From Mobula hypostoma (Eukaryota), in contig NC_086097.1 in NCBI RefSeq assembly GCF_963921235.1, positions 24,492,001 to 24,556,000 of the forward strand: 64,000 nt of DNA, in the 5' to 3' direction. Positions 60,359 through 64,000 of this stretch are shown here, one piece after another. Position numbers and translations under genes: made by a program. Within the stretch, counting starts at the first letter, position 1. Each line of letters begins with the position of its first letter. The notes under the pieces were generated by a model. It had not been told where the DNA came from, made no database searches, and saw only the letters and a list, made by a program, of their open reading frames with translations.

Positions 60359-61582
60359 TGCACTTTAAATAAAGTAAAATAAATAGTGCAGAAGAAATAT
60401 ACCAAGGTAGTAAACATGTAAGTCTGTCCCCAATGCACCCTAGTATTTGGTTCCCCAGTCCTAGAAAAAAGATGGTGCACATTGACCCTATCCATGCCCC
60501 TCATGGAGGAGGGCAGGGTGGAAAGAGTGACAGAAGCTGCCAAAGTATAAGATTCAAAGTACATTTATTATTAAATGTGGAGGTAATAAAGGGCTCCAGT
60601 TGATGAAATATGACGGGAGAGGAAGGCGGAGCATAGAAACAAATAAGGGAGGGAGAGGAGGGCAGATGGGAACCAGTAGGAAGAGTGTGGGGGAAATGGG
60701 CAGATAGGTGGAGGAGGGGAAAGAGGCAAGTTGATGGGGACTGGGGTGAGTGTAGAGGGAACCAGGTAGATGAGGCAAGAGAGTGAAATGAAACTGAGTG
60801 GTAAGACAGAGAGAGGGAACATCAGTAGGAGAGTTCTAGAGGTCCAAACATAGATAGATGGGATCAGCTCAGTGGGCAATACGGTCAGCATAGATGAGTT
60901 GGGCTGAAGGGTCTGTGTCCATGCTATATGACTCTATGACTGTTCTGGGACTGATTGAACCTTTCCCGAGTGATCAGAAACTTTCATGCAGTTCACCGGT
61001 TTGAATTTTAGAGATATGGCAGCAGAGTTTCTTCTCTCATTTTGGCCAGCTTCCTTTAGGTTTTTTAAAAAATTCTCATGACGACAATTGCAGCACAGTT
61101 TTCCAACTCAGTCAGTCTTCATTGAGGAGGGGTTAAAATGTCAATTTAAGTTGGAACAGTCAACACTTCAGGCACAAAGCTGCAGTGTTTAGATGAAAAC
61201 TCACAAGGGACGATAGCGTCCCAGCCTCATGCTGTGTGTTCTTCCAAAGGTGGGAGTTGTGGTGATAAAAATAACATATTGTTTCCTGAAAAGTCTCTCT
61301 CACAGGCTCTGAGGATCAATATTGCTTTTGTGAAAAAATATCACACTACTTTTTTCCACTGTTGAGCTTGAAAAGAAGAACACTGGTATATTTATGGCAA
61401 CACCTACATTCTTCTCAGAACTTAGAGGAGGTATTTTCAGCCAGTGAAACAAGTTAAAAGTCTTGTCAGTGCTATAATGGAAAGAGATCCCATACCTATA
61501 TATTCTAGTCCGAACAACGTTGATTGAGCATATTATAATGTAATGATGTGTATTAACGCGTCTTGGTGGGGCAAGAAGAGAA

Positions 61583-62635
61583 GACCATAACATATAGGAG
61601 CAGAATTAGGCCATTCAGCCCATGGAGTCTGCTCTGCCATTCCATCATGGCTAATTCCAGATCCCACTCACCCCCATACACCTGCCTTCTCACCATTACC
61701 TTTGATGCCCTGACCAATCAAGAAACTGTCAACTCCTGGCTTCCACTGCAGTCTGTGGTAGAAAATTCCACAGATTCACTCTCTCTAGCTATAAAAAATT
61801 CTCCTTACCTTGGTTCTAAAAGGCCCCCCTAATTTTGAGGCTGTGCCCTCTAGTTCTGGATACGCCCACCATAGGAAACATCCTCTCCACATCCAACCTA
61901 TCTAGTCCTTTCAATATTCAGTAGGTTTCAATGAGATCTCCCCAGTATTCTTACAGATTCCAGTGAGTACAGGCCCAAAGCTGCCAAACACTCCTCAAAT
62001 GTTAACCCCTTCATTCCTGGCATCATCCTTGTGAACCTCCTCTAGACTCTCTCCAATGACAATGCATTTTTTCTGATATATGGGGCCCAAAACTGTTGAC
62101 AATACTCCAAGTGCAGCCTGACTAGTGTCTTGTAAAGCCTGAGCATTAGCTCCTTGCTTTTATATTCTACTATATAAGAACATATGAAATAGGAACAGGA
62201 GTAGGCCATCTGGCCTGTCGAGCCTGCTCTACCATTCAATAAGATCATGGCTGATCTGGCCATGGACTCATCTCCACCTACCTGCCTTTCCCCCATAACC
62301 CTAATTCCCCTACCATGCAAAAATCTATCTAACCTTGTCTTAAATATATTTACTGAGATTGCCTTCACTGCTTTATTGGGCAGAGAATTCCACAGATTCA
62401 CCACTCTCTGGGAAAAGCAGTTCCTCCTCATCTCTATCCTAAATTTACGCCCCCCCCCCCAAATTTTGAGACTATGTCCCCTAGCTCTAGCCTCACCTAC
62501 CAGTGTAATAAATGCCAACATTGTATTTGCTGCCTTTACCACAGACTCAACCTGTAAATTAAACCTCTGATGTTTGAATCTTCTCCTCATTTAGATAACA
62601 GCCCACACTATTGTTCCTTTTACCAAAATGAATGA
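61583..62635 (-). mobile_element. CR1 3' portion with a nested co-oriented CR1 end (about 62172-62503)
   Basis: EYKSKELMLRLYKTLVRLHLEYC is interrupted by a second CR1 3' end (ARGHSLKI...FSQRVVNLWNSLP). Confidence 0.8.
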
Positions 62636-62780
62636 TCAGGATCAGAGAAACAGAATTAGAGTTTTCAATAGGAAGCTTAATATTTGCTTGAAAGAGAATA
62701 ATATATGATAGAGCCTACCAGGAGGCAGGTAGATATGATGGGGTTCTTCAACAATTCTGACATGTCCAATCCCTCACTGG

Positions 62781-63850
62781 AACCATAAGACCATAAGATA
62801 TAGGAGCTGAATGAGGGCATTTGGCCCATCGTGTCTGCTCTGCCATTTCATCATGGCTGATCCTATTATCCTCTCAGCTCCAAACTCCTGCCTTCTCCCC
62901 GTATCTCTTCATGCCCTGATCAAGAGTCTATCAACCTTGACTTTAAATATACATAAATACCTGGCCTCCACAACTGCCCGTGGCAATGAATTCCACAGAT
63001 TTACCACACTCTGGCTAAAGAAATTCCTCCTCATCTCCATTCTAAAAGGACAGCCCTCTATTCTGAGGCTGTATCCTCTGATTTAGACTCTTCCACAATA
63101 GCAAACGTTCTCTCCGCCAAGGCCTTTCACCATTCGGTAGGTTTCAATGATGTCACACCAACACAGACCTCTGTGGAACACCACTAGTCACCAGCAGCCA
63201 GCAAGAAAAGGTTCTCTCTATTTCCACTGTTTGCCTCCTGAGCCACAGCTTTACCCATGTCAGAATCTTTCCTGTAATACCATGGGCTCATAGCTTGTTA
63301 AGCAGCCTCATGTGTAGCACCTTGTCAAAGGCCCTCTAAAAATCCAAATACAGAACATCAACCAATTATCCTCTGTCAATCCTGCTTGTTACTTCTTCAA
63401 AGAATTCCAACAGACTTGTCAAACAAGATTTTCCCTTGAAGAAAGCATGCTGACTACAGCCTATTTTATAATGGGCCTCCAAGTACCCTGAGGTTTCATC
63501 CTTCATAATTGATTCCAACATCTTCCCAACCACTGAGGTCAGACTAACTGGCCTATAACTTCCTTTCTTCTATCTCTCTCCCTTCTTGAAGAGTGCAGTG
63601 ATATTTGCAATTTTCCAGTCTTCCAGAACCATTCCAGAATCTAGTGATACTTGAAAGATCATTACTAATATCTCCACGATCTCTTCAGCTACTCTTTCAG
63701 AACTCTGGGGTGTACACCATCTGGTTCTGGTGACTTACCTATTTTCAGTCTCCCAAGAACCTTTTCTCTAGTTATGGAAACTTCACACACTTCATGCTCC
63801 CTGACACCTGGAACTTCCACCATACTGCTAGTGTCTTCCACAGTGAAGAC
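62781..63850 (-). mobile_element. CR1 fragments (3' end joined to the RT N-terminal region)
   Basis: (TTATGGTC)n tail at 62783; LDF.RAFDKV and YRPVSLTSVVGK on the minus strand. Confidence 0.75.
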
Positions 63851-64000
63851 TAGTATTCATTGGATTTATATTGGTATTGGATTATCGAGATTAATTTGCC
63901 ACCTGGGATTTCTCCAGGTGCTCTGGTTTCCCTCCACAGTCCAAAGACGTACTGGTTGGTAGGTTAATTGGGCTTTGTAAATTGTTGTGTGATTAGGCTG

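Noticed and set aside
60600..60835. Purine-rich tract as a functional element
   Set aside because: It is low complexity with no defined period, and nothing supports function.
61440..61545. Possible SS4 exon (EIPY-like codons after an AG)
   Set aside because: The phase-compatible frame hits a stop immediately, and the EIPY frame has an upstream stop.

Overview
This is eukaryotic, repeat-dominated DNA. The repeat complement (CR1 LINEs, V-type tRNA-SINEs, Rex1/Babar and Penelope remnants) suggests a cartilaginous fish, probably a ray or skate; that assignment is inference. The only host-gene coding sequence I can support is one 172-nt internal exon of a neurexin gene (+ strand, 55990-56161, LNS6 domain, the exon just upstream of splice site 4). 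Most of the window therefore appears to be intron. That exon is followed by a 12 x 51-bp minisatellite and a decayed partial copy of the exon. Main mobile elements: (1) a Gypsy/Ty3 LTR retrotransposon with both ends present (44355-53873; 135-bp LTRs, GCACC TSD), carrying a CR1 that itself contains two more CR1s, plus a palindromic Penelope-derived insert; (2) a three-level CR1 nest at 15.3-21.6 kb; (3) a 5'-truncated Penelope-like element with a GIY-YIG ORF and a minimal hammerhead-ribozyme motif; (4) several fold-back elements built from that ribozyme-bearing terminus; (5) RTE, Rex1/Babar, Tc1 and SINE fragments. Most short ORFs in the supplied track are TE fragments or chance ORFs. Boundaries without a stated TSD are approximate.
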